Positions 28,678 through 38,594 of a stretch of DNA of 64,000 bases are shown here, one piece after another. Each line of letters opens with the position of its first letter. The stretch's first letter is position 1. The notes under the pieces are model-generated. The model was not told where the DNA came from and searched no databases. It saw nothing but the letters and a program-made list of their open reading frames with translations. The position numbers and the translations under genes were made by a program. The stretch is taken from positions 62,001 through 126,000 of the IMG/VR virus record IMGVR_UViG_3300046787_000408; one strand, written 5' to 3'.

Positions 28678-29598
28678 ATGACTTATTTGATAGATTATCG
28701 AGTAGGTGGCATGGGTAATACTATTTTTACCCATGCCATGTATGCTTGCAACAAAGTTGATTTGAACCTGGATACTTTTTTCTCATCCACTGGAAACGCA
28801 CATAAAATTAGACCAAACTATCTTTATGATCAGTTGATTCCAGTACACATAGATGAAAACCCAGAACTTGTTCCTGAAAACAGTCGTTGTATAATCGAAG
28901 TTAAAACATCATTGTGGTACAAGTTGTTGGAAATCAAAATGGGATATCGTAAATTTCTAGGTAAAGAACCTAATTTTACAAATGTTCTAGATTTTTTTGC
29001 AATTAACAAGCAACAGATTGATCATAAAAAAGCATGGCAGGAATTCTACCAGAACTTTAAAGATCCATCTTGGCCAGTATGCGACACATACAATGATGTT
29101 CAATTGTTGGCAACAGATATTCAGACTGAAATATACAAAAATTACAAAACACCAGAAGTTGGCATTACTGACGACAACTGGATAAGTTTGTTGACATTTG
29201 CATACTATGATGTTTTACTGAGTTCTAAAAATCATCAGTCTAGATTTGGTGGCGACATTTTTTTACTAGATGATTATTTTTCTAGCAAGATTGATGTTGT
29301 AAAAAAGCAAATCACTTGTTATCTAGGTTGGACTTGGGACGATCAGAAAAGTGACATATTTCAACAACATGTTCTAAAGAACAATCAGGTCTATTTAGCA
29401 TGGCTTGATAACCTTAGAGAATTGTTTAGCAAAACAGTTGATAAACAACTTGTTCAAGTTACTATAGATCCTTGGGAGAAGGCTTTGTTGATGGCAATGT
29501 TTTGTGCTCAATACAACAAAGATCCAAGGGAATTGCCGTGGGACACTATTGGCAAGCTAAATTCTAACAAAGAATTAATTACTATTTTTAAGGATTGA
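28678..29598 (+). CDS. Hypothetical protein, AT-rich insertion
   Basis: Full ORF between gp32 and uvsX. N-terminal GGMGNTIF and internal W..FY..FKDPSWP.C. Confidence 0.6.
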   Translation: MTYLIDYRVGGMGNTIFTHAMYACNKVDLNLDTFFSSTGNAHKIRPNYLYDQLIPVHIDENPELVPENSRCIIEVKTSLWYKLLEIKMGYRKFLGKEPNFTNVLDFFAINKQQIDHKKAWQEFYQNFKDPSWPVCDTYNDVQLLATDIQTEIYKNYKTPEVGITDDNWISLLTFAYYDVLLSSKNHQSRFGGDIFLLDDYFSSKIDVVKKQITCYLGWTWDDQKSDIFQQHVLKNNQVYLAWLDNLRELFSKTVDKQLVQVTIDPWEKALLMAMFCAQYNKDPRELPWDTIGKLNSNKELITIFKD

Positions 29599-29599
29599 T

Positions 29600-30661
29600 A
29601 TGGGAAAACCATTTGATATTTCAAAATTCCGCAAGGAAATTACCAAGAGCATTGACGGCCTAAGTATTGGCTTCAACGATCCCACAGACTGGATCTCCAC
29701 TGGCAACTATGCACTAAACTACCTGATCTCAGGTGACTTCCAACGTGGCATTCCCTTGGGCAAGGTCACTGTGTTTGCTGGTGACTCAGGTGCAGGCAAG
29801 AGCTATATCTGTTCAGGCAACATTATCAAACATGCACAAGAGCAAGGCATCTTTGTTGTGCTGGTTGATAGTGAAAACGCCTTGGACGAAAACTGGCTCA
29901 AGGCACTTGGCGTTGACACTAGTGAGCAAAAATTGCTCAAACTCAGTATGGCCATGATTGATGATGTGGCCAAGACTATTGCTACATTCATGAGCGATTA
30001 CAAAGCACTGCCTGATGGCGAGCGTCCTAAGGTACTGTTTGTTATTGACAGCTTGGGTATGTTGTTGACTCCAACAGACGTTAACCAGTTTGAAGCAGGC
30101 GAAATGAAGGGTGATCTTGGCCGTAAGCCAAAAGCGCTCACTGCCTTGGTGCGTAACTGTGTGAACATGTTTGGTTCATACAACGTGGGCTTGGTATGTA
30201 CCAACCACACATACGCAAGTCAGGACATGTTTGACCCCGATGATAAAATCTCAGGCGGTCAGGGTTTCATTTACGCTAGCTCAATTGTTGTTGCTATGAA
30301 AAAGATGAAGCTGAAAGAAGACGAAGACGGTAACAAAGTTAGTGAAGTCAATGGTATCCGTGCTGGCTGCAAGGTCATGAAAACACGTTATGCCAAGCCC
30401 TTTGAAGGTGTGCAGGTCAAGATTCCATACACAACAGGTATGAGTCCTTACTCGGGTCTTACTGACTTGATTGAGAAAAAAGGCCTGCTCAAGAAAGAAG
30501 GCAACAGCCTGGTGTTTACCACAAGCCAAGGCGAGATCATCAAGAAGTTCCGCAAGGGATGGGAACGCAACGATGACGGTTGCCTGGATACTGTAATGAA
30601 TGACTTTGGTAACATCAAGGAGGTAAGTACTCCTGAAACTGAATTAGAGGATGCAGAATGA
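29600..30661 (+). CDS. uvsX: RecA-like recombinase UvsX
   Basis: GDSGAGKS Walker A, VDSENALD, VIDSLG, NHTY, SGG.GF.YAS. Confidence 0.93.
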   Translation: MGKPFDISKFRKEITKSIDGLSIGFNDPTDWISTGNYALNYLISGDFQRGIPLGKVTVFAGDSGAGKSYICSGNIIKHAQEQGIFVVLVDSENALDENWLKALGVDTSEQKLLKLSMAMIDDVAKTIATFMSDYKALPDGERPKVLFVIDSLGMLLTPTDVNQFEAGEMKGDLGRKPKALTALVRNCVNMFGSYNVGLVCTNHTYASQDMFDPDDKISGGQGFIYASSIVVAMKKMKLKEDEDGNKVSEVNGIRAGCKVMKTRYAKPFEGVQVKIPYTTGMSPYSGLTDLIEKKGLLKKEGNSLVFTTSQGEIIKKFRKGWERNDDGCLDTVMNDFGNIKEVSTPETELEDAE

Positions 30662-30918
30662 GTTCAATTGTAGCAAGCGAAATCTGGAACGAACTAAAGC
30701 GTTACGTAAACACAGTGGATCGGCAGGAAGCTGCTGAAACGCTGGTGTCAGTGTTGATTGATCATGACGAAGATGTTGAAGACATTCGTGATGCGTTCAA
30801 GCATGACAGTGATATCAAGCGAGCGCTTACGGCATATCTTGACAATGACAAAAGTTATGATGACGAAGACGATGAAGAAGCCGACGACCTAGACGACGAA
30901 ACCGACTGGGAAGACTAA
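30658..30918 (+). CDS. Small acidic hypothetical protein
   Basis: Coupled ORF with a D/E-rich tail. Confidence 0.7.
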   Translation: MSSIVASEIWNELKRYVNTVDRQEAAETLVSVLIDHDEDVEDIRDAFKHDSDIKRALTAYLDNDKSYDDEDDEEADDLDDETDWED

Positions 30919-31371
30919 ATGTGGTACCATCGTGTAACATCGGACTTGAGTAATATTCCGGGATTCATTGCACACTATGAGACTGAGCTGATTGACGCCA
31001 AGAGAGATTGCAAGATTGGCGGCACCATGGAACATCATATCAAAGAGTTACCCGGTATCACAGAACAAAGATTCAACCAGCTACAAGAAATTGAAGCTGT
31101 GTTGAACTTTCTCAACATTCAATTACGAAAAATTCGTCGCAAGCATTTTCAAAAGTATCTTGAAGGCTACGCTCGGGCACTTACCAGTCGTGACGCTGAA
31201 AAATACGTGGATGGTGAGGACGAAGTAATTGACTTTGAGACCATTATCAATGAAGTTGCACTATTGCGCAACAAGTGGTTGGGTATCATGAAGGGGCTTG
31301 ATAGCAAGCAATGGATGTCAGGTCACATTGTTAGACTTCGTGCAGCCGGTATGGAAGATATTACACTGTAA
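30919..31371 (+). CDS. uvsY: Recombination mediator UvsY
   Basis: Helical protein with YLE.Y.R.L.S.D.EKYVDGE and K.LD.K.W....IV.LR.AG. Lies downstream of uvsX. Confidence 0.8.
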   Translation: MWYHRVTSDLSNIPGFIAHYETELIDAKRDCKIGGTMEHHIKELPGITEQRFNQLQEIEAVLNFLNIQLRKIRRKHFQKYLEGYARALTSRDAEKYVDGEDEVIDFETIINEVALLRNKWLGIMKGLDSKQWMSGHIVRLRAAGMEDITL

Positions 31372-31395
31372 TAGTTTGAGTCAGTAAATAACTGC

Positions 31396-32154
31396 ATGAA
31401 AATTGTTATTGTTACAGGTGGTTTTGACCCCATACATTCTGGTCATCTTGCTTACTTTAAAGCAGCCCGAACACTCGGAGATATGCTAGTTGTAGGTCTC
31501 AATTCAGATGCATGGCTTGCTCGAAAAAAGGGCAGGCCATTCATGCCCATGAATGAAAGATATGCACTGGTTAGTGCGCTGTCTATGGTAGATGAAGTTG
31601 TGATCTACAACGACAACGACAACAGTAGTTGTGATGCTATTCGCAAAGTCAAAGAATCCTACCCTGGCCACGAAATTATTTTTGCCAACGGTGGCGACCG
31701 CACTCGAGACAATATCCCTGAAATGATATTTGATGATGTGGAGTTTGTGTTTGGTGTAGGCGGTGAGGACAAGAAAAACAGCTCAAGCTGGATTCTTGAA
31801 GATTGGAAAAAGCCCAAAACAGATCGTACCTGGGGCTATTATCGTGTGCTACACGAAGTGGGCAATCACGTCAAACTCAAAGAGCTTACTGTAAACCCCA
31901 AAACATGCTTGAGCATGCAACGGCATGAAAATCGTGCGGAGTTTTGGTTTGTGGCTGAAGGTGAAGCTACTGTGTACACTGTGGACCCGCATAGTACAGA
32001 ATATGACTTGCTGTCCAGTCCTGCTCGTCACCAACACACTTGGATTCAGCTCAACCAGTGGCATCAGCTGTGCAACGAAACAGATCAACCACTACGGTTG
32101 ATTGAAATTCAATACGGTGAACAATGTGTTGAGGAAGACATTGAACGCAAATGA
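31396..32154 (+). CDS. Cytidylyl/adenylyltransferase (TagD/RfaE-like) fused to cupin (mannose-6-P isomerase type II C-terminal-like)
   Basis: GGFDPIHSGH, GLNSD.WL..KKG and ANGGDR, then R.WG.Y.V...LS.Q.H..R.E.W...IEIQ.G...EEDI.R. Confidence 0.88.
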   Translation: MKIVIVTGGFDPIHSGHLAYFKAARTLGDMLVVGLNSDAWLARKKGRPFMPMNERYALVSALSMVDEVVIYNDNDNSSCDAIRKVKESYPGHEIIFANGGDRTRDNIPEMIFDDVEFVFGVGGEDKKNSSSWILEDWKKPKTDRTWGYYRVLHEVGNHVKLKELTVNPKTCLSMQRHENRAEFWFVAEGEATVYTVDPHSTEYDLLSSPARHQHTWIQLNQWHQLCNETDQPLRLIEIQYGEQCVEEDIERK

Positions 32155-32828
32155 AGCCAATTCCTGTGTTTGTGGGCTACGACCCTCGTGAAGCTATTGC
32201 TTACCATACCTGCGTTAACAGTATTATTCGTAACAGCTCTCAACCTGTGGCTATTGTGCCAGTTGCACTGAACTTGTTTCGAGACTATTCTGAAACCCAT
32301 ACTGATGGATCTAACCACTTTATCTACACACGCTTCTTGGTTCCTTATCTTTGTGATTTCTCTGGTCATGCTATCTTCATTGATGGCGATATGATTGTAC
32401 GCGGTGACATTGCTGAACTATGGAACATGCGTGATTCAGTCTGTGATGTGCAAGTGGTCAAACATGATTATAAAACTCGCATGCCTGTAAAATACCTAGG
32501 AGCAAAGAATGAAGATTACCCAAGAAAAAATTGGAGTAGTGTTATTTTGTGGAATTGTAATAGTTTCCCTAATAGGAAGCTTACTCCTGATTTCATCCAG
32601 CGATCTACCGGTGCTGAGCTTCACCGTTTTACCTGGCTAGATGACAGACGAATTGGCGAACTCCCTCCTGAATGGAACTGGTTGCCCGATGAATACGGGC
32701 CAAATGCCGACGCCAAGTTACTGCACTACACACTTGGCACGCCATGCTTTCAAGAGTTTGCTGATACGCCGCAAGGCAACGAATGGCACAGAGAACGTAT
32801 TCTAACTGAATACTGTCAACAACGTTAA
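32151..32828 (+). CDS. Glycosyltransferase, GT-A fold (GT8-like)
   Basis: VFVGYDPRE, F...RFL.P, IFIDGD, RKNWSS, WNWL, HYT.G.P. Confidence 0.85.
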   Translation: MKPIPVFVGYDPREAIAYHTCVNSIIRNSSQPVAIVPVALNLFRDYSETHTDGSNHFIYTRFLVPYLCDFSGHAIFIDGDMIVRGDIAELWNMRDSVCDVQVVKHDYKTRMPVKYLGAKNEDYPRKNWSSVILWNCNSFPNRKLTPDFIQRSTGAELHRFTWLDDRRIGELPPEWNWLPDEYGPNADAKLLHYTLGTPCFQEFADTPQGNEWHRERILTEYCQQR

Positions 32829-33466
32829 CGCCAGTGTGCCTTGACCAGTGCATGATCCATCATGGTGCTGGGTTTTTGACTTGTTTTTCTAAACATCAAT
32901 AGCTTGACTTGGTCAAGAGTGTAATTCATATCTCTGCGTGATGCTATGTGAAACCATTCGGTTGGGCAGTGATCAGTTAGCAACGTGTGGGCAGTGTGCT
33001 CACTCACAATAGCTTGGTCTCCGTACAACGGTGGTACACTATACAGTTTTTCCCAGTGCGCAAGTGAACGACTATTGTACAGATCCCACAAGTGACTGTA
33101 ATCATCATTCCAATACATCAAGGCACTTGAGTGTATGTTCTTGTCGGCTTCAACCCACATCACAAACTTTTGGTGTTGTATGCGACTGATCATTTCGTCC
33201 AAGTTGCCACAAATCACAGTGTCAAGATCCAGGAACAGGGTTGGGCCCGATAACACTCCAGGGCGAAACAACTGCATCTTGCTCCAGAAACCATGATCAC
33301 CGGGCAACAACTCAATCCGCTTGCATGGTACATCACAGTCACTAAAGCATATGAATTCGTGAGGTAGTGTTAGATTGCGTTGAACTCCGCGTTGAAGCTT
33401 TTCAACCCAGGAGGCATCATACCCAACTTTGCCGCCTTGGCGCAGCAAACAAACTACGTTAATCAT
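32825..33466 (-). CDS. Glycosyltransferase, GT-A fold
   Basis: WSKMQLF, LFLDLDTVI, SSALM.W, YGDQ. Confidence 0.8.
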   Translation of the reverse strand: MINVVCLLRQGGKVGYDASWVEKLQRGVQRNLTLPHEFICFSDCDVPCKRIELLPGDHGFWSKMQLFRPGVLSGPTLFLDLDTVICGNLDEMISRIQHQKFVMWVEADKNIHSSALMYWNDDYSHLWDLYNSRSLAHWEKLYSVPPLYGDQAIVSEHTAHTLLTDHCPTEWFHIASRRDMNYTLDQVKLLMFRKTSQKPSTMMDHALVKAHWR

Positions 33467-34001
33467 TGTAGCGTTCTAATACCAGTAGTCCAGATGATTT
33501 GTTGCAGTGTTCAACAATGTGCCAATCTCTGTTGTAGTGCAAATACTCTATCACAGCTTCAAACACACCTGGCCAATCACTGGGGTCGTGTAGCACAACA
33601 TATCTCTTGGCCAGGCCAGCATGTTTGTTTAGCTCGGCAATACAATGATCTCGTGTATGCACAGTATCAATAAACAACAAGTCACATTCTTCAGCTTCAA
33701 CTTTTAGGCTGTCACCCACAGTAAACTCAAAGTCAGTTCCGTTTTGATCAGCATTGTGTTTTAATTCGTCAAGCACAGTTAGATACTTGTCAGTGATATC
33801 ATAACTTCGCAAGCGTTTGGGTTGACCAGACAGCCATGCGCAAGTGCTTAGACCGGTGTACACTCCAAACTCTATGATACTATCAACCCTGCTGGCGTAT
33901 TGCTTGTAGGTATCAAACCTTGTGGGACTATCGCCTAACCAGTTGGTTGGGACAATCTTTAAATCAATGTAATCAGCTTTTAGCTCTTGCAGTGTTCTCA
34001 T
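33459..34001 (-). CDS. Class I SAM methyltransferase (Methyltransf_24-like)
   Basis: IIEFGVYTGLST, DLLFIDTVH, VVLHD. Start re-picked at the ATGA overlap. Confidence 0.8.
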   Translation of the reverse strand: MRTLQELKADYIDLKIVPTNWLGDSPTRFDTYKQYASRVDSIIEFGVYTGLSTCAWLSGQPKRLRSYDITDKYLTVLDELKHNADQNGTDFEFTVGDSLKVEAEECDLLFIDTVHTRDHCIAELNKHAGLAKRYVVLHDPSDWPGVFEAVIEYLHYNRDWHIVEHCNKSSGLLVLERYND

Positions 34002-34540
34002 CTTGACATCCAATACACGCCCAGTTTGCTTTTTTGGCTTTTGCGATACGAGTCCTTGATGTAGTGTCCCCAGGTGGCTACAACTTCGTCATGACTCCAG
34101 TCATCCTTGATGTGTGCTTCGTGCGGGTTAGGATACGCATGTTCGTCCTGTGGCATGTGCCTGATAGGGATACTAACAATCAGCATGTCTGCCACTTGCA
34201 AAATACGATCCACAAGAGCAACGGCGTCCTCTTTGGTCATGTGTTCTAGTACATCGCCGGCTATGACCACGTTGGGATTGAACGCTGCCCAGTCCACAGT
34301 GCGAACGTCTTGATTTAGTATCTGATTGTATCTGCGTTCTAATTCAAATTCTTCAATATAAGGTTTCCAAATTTCAACACCAATCCAGTTAGCGTCTACA
34401 CAACATTTGGCATCTTCTCTTATGAGCTTGACATACGTTCCTGATCCTGGACCGATATCTACTACAGTTTTGATAGTTTCTTGATTGGATTGGAACCAAG
34501 CCAGTGTTTCGGCTTTTCCTGATTTTAGACTATACGACAT
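33998..34540 (-). CDS. Class I SAM methyltransferase
   Basis: VVDIGPGSG, GVEIW, GDVLEHM, SIP. Confidence 0.85.
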   Translation of the reverse strand: MSYSLKSGKAETLAWFQSNQETIKTVVDIGPGSGTYVKLIREDAKCCVDANWIGVEIWKPYIEEFELERRYNQILNQDVRTVDWAAFNPNVVIAGDVLEHMTKEDAVALVDRILQVADMLIVSIPIRHMPQDEHAYPNPHEAHIKDDWSHDEVVATWGHYIKDSYRKSQKSKLGVYWMSR

Positions 34541-34566
34541 TGTTTTCCTTGTAAGTTTTGCGCCAC

Positions 34567-34576
34567 TAAATATTTA
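34567..34576. promoter_or_regulatory. Palindromic bidirectional late-type promoter TAAATATTTA
   Basis: TAAATA on both strands, overlapping, between the divergent genes at 34540(-) and 34593(+). Confidence 0.6.
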
Positions 34577-34592
34577 TATACACACATAATAC

Positions 34593-35348
34593 ATGAAAGC
34601 ATTTGTAATTTACCTACCTGAACGCCCGCACAGTGTGGCATCTTCTCGCGACATGATAAAAAGTCTCAAGAGTTACAACATTGATGCTGAACTGTTTGAA
34701 GGCACACCTGGAGATCAAGCAGTGGCCATGGCCAACAAGGCACAAAAAACCTTGTACCCTTACAGCATCAAGAATCGACTGCTGGATGATCATGATATTG
34801 AGCAACTGATACGTCCAGAGCTGTACGAGGAATTCAAAAAGAAACATCGTTACGAAATAATTGAACGTCAGCTTATAGGTGAAAAAGATAAAGGCAAACT
34901 GAGTCGTCCAGGAGTAATTGGTTGTTTTTACAGTCATTACAACTTGTGGAAAAAGTGTATAGACCTTGGCGAGCCTATCATGATTTTTGAAGACGATGTC
35001 AAGTTCTATAGAGGTTACACTCCTGTGGCATTTGACGGTGTACTGATTCTAAGCCTTGGCAAGAGTTCGTTCATGAGTGATCCCCAAAAGACCTACTTGG
35101 AAAACCCCTCAGGTCCTGCTCAAGCTCGCAAGTGGCAGAATTTTAGCATGCCCGGAGCCAGCGGTTATGCTATTACTCCAGATGCTGCTTTGGCTTTGAC
35201 CAAGTTTTATCGTCCCTATTGGTATCCCGCAGACAATGCTATCAATCAGTTTGTGGTGCCTTTGCAGATCAGCACATACTTGATGGGGCGCAACACTTTG
35301 CCAGAAGAAGGCAATATATCAATGACCAAAGCCAAGGATTGGGTATGA
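34593..35348 (+). CDS. Glycosyltransferase family 25
   Basis: AFVIYL...R, G.IGC..SH..LW, IFEDD, G..GYAIT..AA..L, P.D. Confidence 0.88.
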   Translation: MKAFVIYLPERPHSVASSRDMIKSLKSYNIDAELFEGTPGDQAVAMANKAQKTLYPYSIKNRLLDDHDIEQLIRPELYEEFKKKHRYEIIERQLIGEKDKGKLSRPGVIGCFYSHYNLWKKCIDLGEPIMIFEDDVKFYRGYTPVAFDGVLILSLGKSSFMSDPQKTYLENPSGPAQARKWQNFSMPGASGYAITPDAALALTKFYRPYWYPADNAINQFVVPLQISTYLMGRNTLPEEGNISMTKAKDWV

Positions 35349-36256
35349 AAGTAGGAATTTTTTACAACTCAATATCAAACCCTGCCAAGTTCTCAAACAA
35401 GGTCATGCTCATGGACAACTTTGCCGAAGGAGTAAGATCACAAGGTGACGAAGTTATTGAATTTCGAGATAACCGATTGCCTGATCAAAAACTGGATGCT
35501 GGATTCGTACTGGGCTACACACTAGAAGAAAACTTTAGGAAAAAAATTATTGATCAGTTACGCCTGCAAAAAACGCCCAGTGTGTTTGTGGACAGCAACA
35601 TCCTGCACTATGCTAGACCCGAACACGAATGGCATCGTTACAGCATAGGTTCAGTATACCCCAATTCAGGCACGTATTTTTTTGATCAGTTGGACACTAG
35701 CAAGTGGTATAAATTTGCTGGATGGCACAACGTTACACTTCGACCCTGGCGCCAACACGGTAGTCATATCTTGATCTTGTGTCAACGCCCCAAAGGATTC
35801 AACATGTTTACAGACCAAGAAGTTTGGCTGGACAAAACCATTAGCAAAATACGCAAACACAGTAACCGCGACATCATGATTCGCATGCACCCTGGTGACG
35901 GCGCACGGTTCAAACAAATAGAAAAGATACAGAAAAAGTACGGCACCACAGTGACTATTAGTGAACATGCCAATATTCGTGATGCCTTGGTAAACTGCTG
36001 GTGTACTGTGGGTCTTAACTCAACGCCCAATGTTGTGGCAGCTATAGAAGGTGTGCCAGGTTACATTGAAGACACCACACGGTCATGGGCAGCTGACGTG
36101 GCATTTACTGATCTATCCATGATCGAAAACCCACCTTTGCCTGACCGTACAGACTGGTCTCACAAAATTGCCAACATACACTGGAGCAATACTGAAGTAC
36201 GTTCAGGCCTGCTTTGGTCAGCTATCAAAAAGTATATCGGTTCTTCTCTGCGATAA
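35345..36256 (+). CDS. Capsular-polysaccharide modification (KpsS/KpsC-like, GT-B) protein
   Basis: IL.Q, IR.HPGD, TV.LNST..V.A..EG.P. Start re-picked at MKVGIFYN. Confidence 0.6.
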   Translation: MKVGIFYNSISNPAKFSNKVMLMDNFAEGVRSQGDEVIEFRDNRLPDQKLDAGFVLGYTLEENFRKKIIDQLRLQKTPSVFVDSNILHYARPEHEWHRYSIGSVYPNSGTYFFDQLDTSKWYKFAGWHNVTLRPWRQHGSHILILCQRPKGFNMFTDQEVWLDKTISKIRKHSNRDIMIRMHPGDGARFKQIEKIQKKYGTTVTISEHANIRDALVNCWCTVGLNSTPNVVAAIEGVPGYIEDTTRSWAADVAFTDLSMIENPPLPDRTDWSHKIANIHWSNTEVRSGLLWSAIKKYIGSSLR

Positions 36257-37016
36257 ACTTGGGTAGATCTTTACGTGTGCCTTTGGCGGTCCATATCACA
36301 CTGTCTGGTCTCATGTCCCAATCAATCAGACTAATGGGCAAATTGCCACTGGCATATCGTGGCACAATTTGATCTAGAATGTCTTGATCAAGTCCCCAGT
36401 AGATATAATCATTTTCAATACTGGATCTTAGCGCTTGCGAATACTGATTCAAGAACTCACTGCTTCGCCCTTGTGCATTTACATACATTCCGCCAGCTAG
36501 AATGCGAGCTTTGGCGCCAGTGATCTTGTGCAGATAAAAATCATGTTGCTGGCTCAGTCTAGGAATAGTGTTACGTATCACAGCATCCACATCCATGCTC
36601 ATGAATGATGCAGAACCGGCTAGTTCAGCCAGTCTAATAAATCTTGCACAGGCATAGTAGGTTTTTTGCATGCGATGGTGTAGGTCAATATCTTGCCCTT
36701 TTTTCATGGCATTTCGTGTGCGTTCCAGTTGTGCCCTGCGCACTGGGTCAGTGGCCATGTCCCATTGAGCAGCGGCTGTGTCAAATTGATCTGGGGTCAC
36801 ATACTCGTAGGTTACAGTAACACCCACCTGGTCAGCACAATAGTCCAATTGATCTTGACGTGGGTTAAAGATATGCAAGTGTAAAGGATCTGGCGAGTTG
36901 GCTCTTGAGCTGTTGATTAGTTCACGTGCAAACTGGTCAAAGTAGCTTTGATCACATGCTGAATAGATAAAAAAGTCTGCGGTAGGCGCAGCGCCGTGCA
37001 TTTGTGGTAATATCAT
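36225..37016 (-). CDS. Nucleotide-diphospho-sugar transferase-like protein
   Basis: YYACARF, MDVDA (DxD), WGLDQ.IL. Confidence 0.65.
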   Translation of the reverse strand: MILPQMHGAAPTADFFIYSACDQSYFDQFARELINSSRANSPDPLHLHIFNPRQDQLDYCADQVGVTVTYEYVTPDQFDTAAAQWDMATDPVRRAQLERTRNAMKKGQDIDLHHRMQKTYYACARFIRLAELAGSASFMSMDVDAVIRNTIPRLSQQHDFYLHKITGAKARILAGGMYVNAQGRSSEFLNQYSQALRSSIENDYIYWGLDQDILDQIVPRYASGNLPISLIDWDMRPDSVIWTAKGTRKDLPKFIAEKNRYTF

Positions 37017-37047
37017 ATGTGGGTATTTAACGGTGTAAATATCCTGT

Positions 37048-37893
37048 ATGAAAATTGCCTACTTCCCTGCACAAGTTGCACTCAACGGCGCACCTGTGAT
37101 GGAGGCGTTGTTGGACTGTTTGCAAGCCGCTGGACACGAAACACAAGAGAACTCATGGGAGTCAGATGCCGCAGTAATATGGTCAGTATTGTGGCACGGG
37201 CGCATGGCTGCAAATCAAGCAGTGTATGAACACTATCGTGCTCGAAACAAGCCTATTATAGTGGTAGAAGTTGGCTCGCTGTACAGGGGCAACACCTGGA
37301 AGATTGCAGTTAATCACGTGAATGGCACAGGCTATTACGGACATCAAGATAACCTGGATTGGGATCGTCCACGCAAACTAAAGATCAGTTTGGCCACGCA
37401 ACTAGTCACACGTTCTGAGATTGTTATTGCGGCCCAGCATCAACACAGCTTGTTGGCTCAACCTATTGTTCCTGTTGATCAATGGGTACATACTCAAATA
37501 CAACTGATCAGAAACAACAGTGACCGTCCCATTGTGGTGCGATCACATCCTAGGTCACTGTTGAACATACGCAACTTGCCGCCAGGTGTAACACTACAAC
37601 GACCCAATCGTGTAACTGGCACCTACGACAGTTACGACATGCACTATGATTGTCATGCTGTGATCAACTATAATTCTGGTCCTGGCATTCAAGCTGCAAT
37701 AGCAGGCGTGCGTCCTGTAGTGGATTCAAGTAGTCTTGCATATCCAGTAGCAGTAGGGTATGCGGACCTGGAACAACCTTATCTGGTAGACAGAGATCTA
37801 TGGCTCACACAGATCTGCCACACAGAATATACCGTAGAAGAAATCAAACAAGGATTATGGCTAAACAGACTAGCACCAGCACTGAACCTGTAG
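37048..37893 (+). CDS. KpsS/KpsC-like protein, paralogue of 35345
   Basis: IAAQH, VR.HP, INYNSG.GI.A...G..., W.....EI..G. Confidence 0.6.
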   Translation: MKIAYFPAQVALNGAPVMEALLDCLQAAGHETQENSWESDAAVIWSVLWHGRMAANQAVYEHYRARNKPIIVVEVGSLYRGNTWKIAVNHVNGTGYYGHQDNLDWDRPRKLKISLATQLVTRSEIVIAAQHQHSLLAQPIVPVDQWVHTQIQLIRNNSDRPIVVRSHPRSLLNIRNLPPGVTLQRPNRVTGTYDSYDMHYDCHAVINYNSGPGIQAAIAGVRPVVDSSSLAYPVAVGYADLEQPYLVDRDLWLTQICHTEYTVEEIKQGLWLNRLAPALNL

Positions 37894-38594
37894 ACTGTGC
37901 ATGCGTGATACACGGCACTGGCTATGACTGGGTGTATGTAGAACGACTATACAACATGCTACAGCGCAACATACCACAAGGTATTCGCATGCATGTGTAC
38001 ACCGAAGCTGAGAGACCAGTTCCCTCACACATGATCCGGCATGACTTGGTAAGCTGGCCCAATGTGTCTGGTCCTAGACGCAGCTGGTGGTACAAGCTAC
38101 AACTGTTTGACCCCAGGCATCATCAAGGCAATATGCTGTACTTTGATCTTGATACTGTGATTGTTCGAGACCTTACATGGATACTGCGTTTGGATCCTGC
38201 ATACTTGTGGGGCATAAAAGATTTCAAGTACTTGCAGAATCCCAACAAGCTGACTTTGAACAGCAGTATCATGTGGTGGCACGTGCCCAGTTTTGGCGAT
38301 GTGTGGCACAATTTCAGCAGTCAAGACATTGCCACTGTTACACGTAGATATCCCGGAGATCAAGATTACATACAAGCTGCCTTGGGACACAATCGTATTC
38401 GTTATTTTGAAACACAACATGTTCAAAGTTGGCGCTGGCAGTGCTTGGACGGTGGCTACGACTTTGCATATAGAGCACATCGTCGTCCGGGCACAGGCAC
38501 AGTAATCAACAATGACACCAGTGTAGTGGTGTTTCACGGCAACCCCAAACCACACAAAATTACAGAATCTGTAATTGCAGATTTGTGGCATTAG
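37857..38594 (+). CDS. Glycosyltransferase, GT-A fold
   Basis: WWYKLQLF, LYFDLDTVI, NSS.M.W, GDQDY, FHG.PKP. Start re-picked at MAKQTS. Confidence 0.82.
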   Translation: MAKQTSTSTEPVDCACVIHGTGYDWVYVERLYNMLQRNIPQGIRMHVYTEAERPVPSHMIRHDLVSWPNVSGPRRSWWYKLQLFDPRHHQGNMLYFDLDTVIVRDLTWILRLDPAYLWGIKDFKYLQNPNKLTLNSSIMWWHVPSFGDVWHNFSSQDIATVTRRYPGDQDYIQAALGHNRIRYFETQHVQSWRWQCLDGGYDFAYRAHRRPGTGTVINNDTSVVVFHGNPKPHKITESVIADLWH

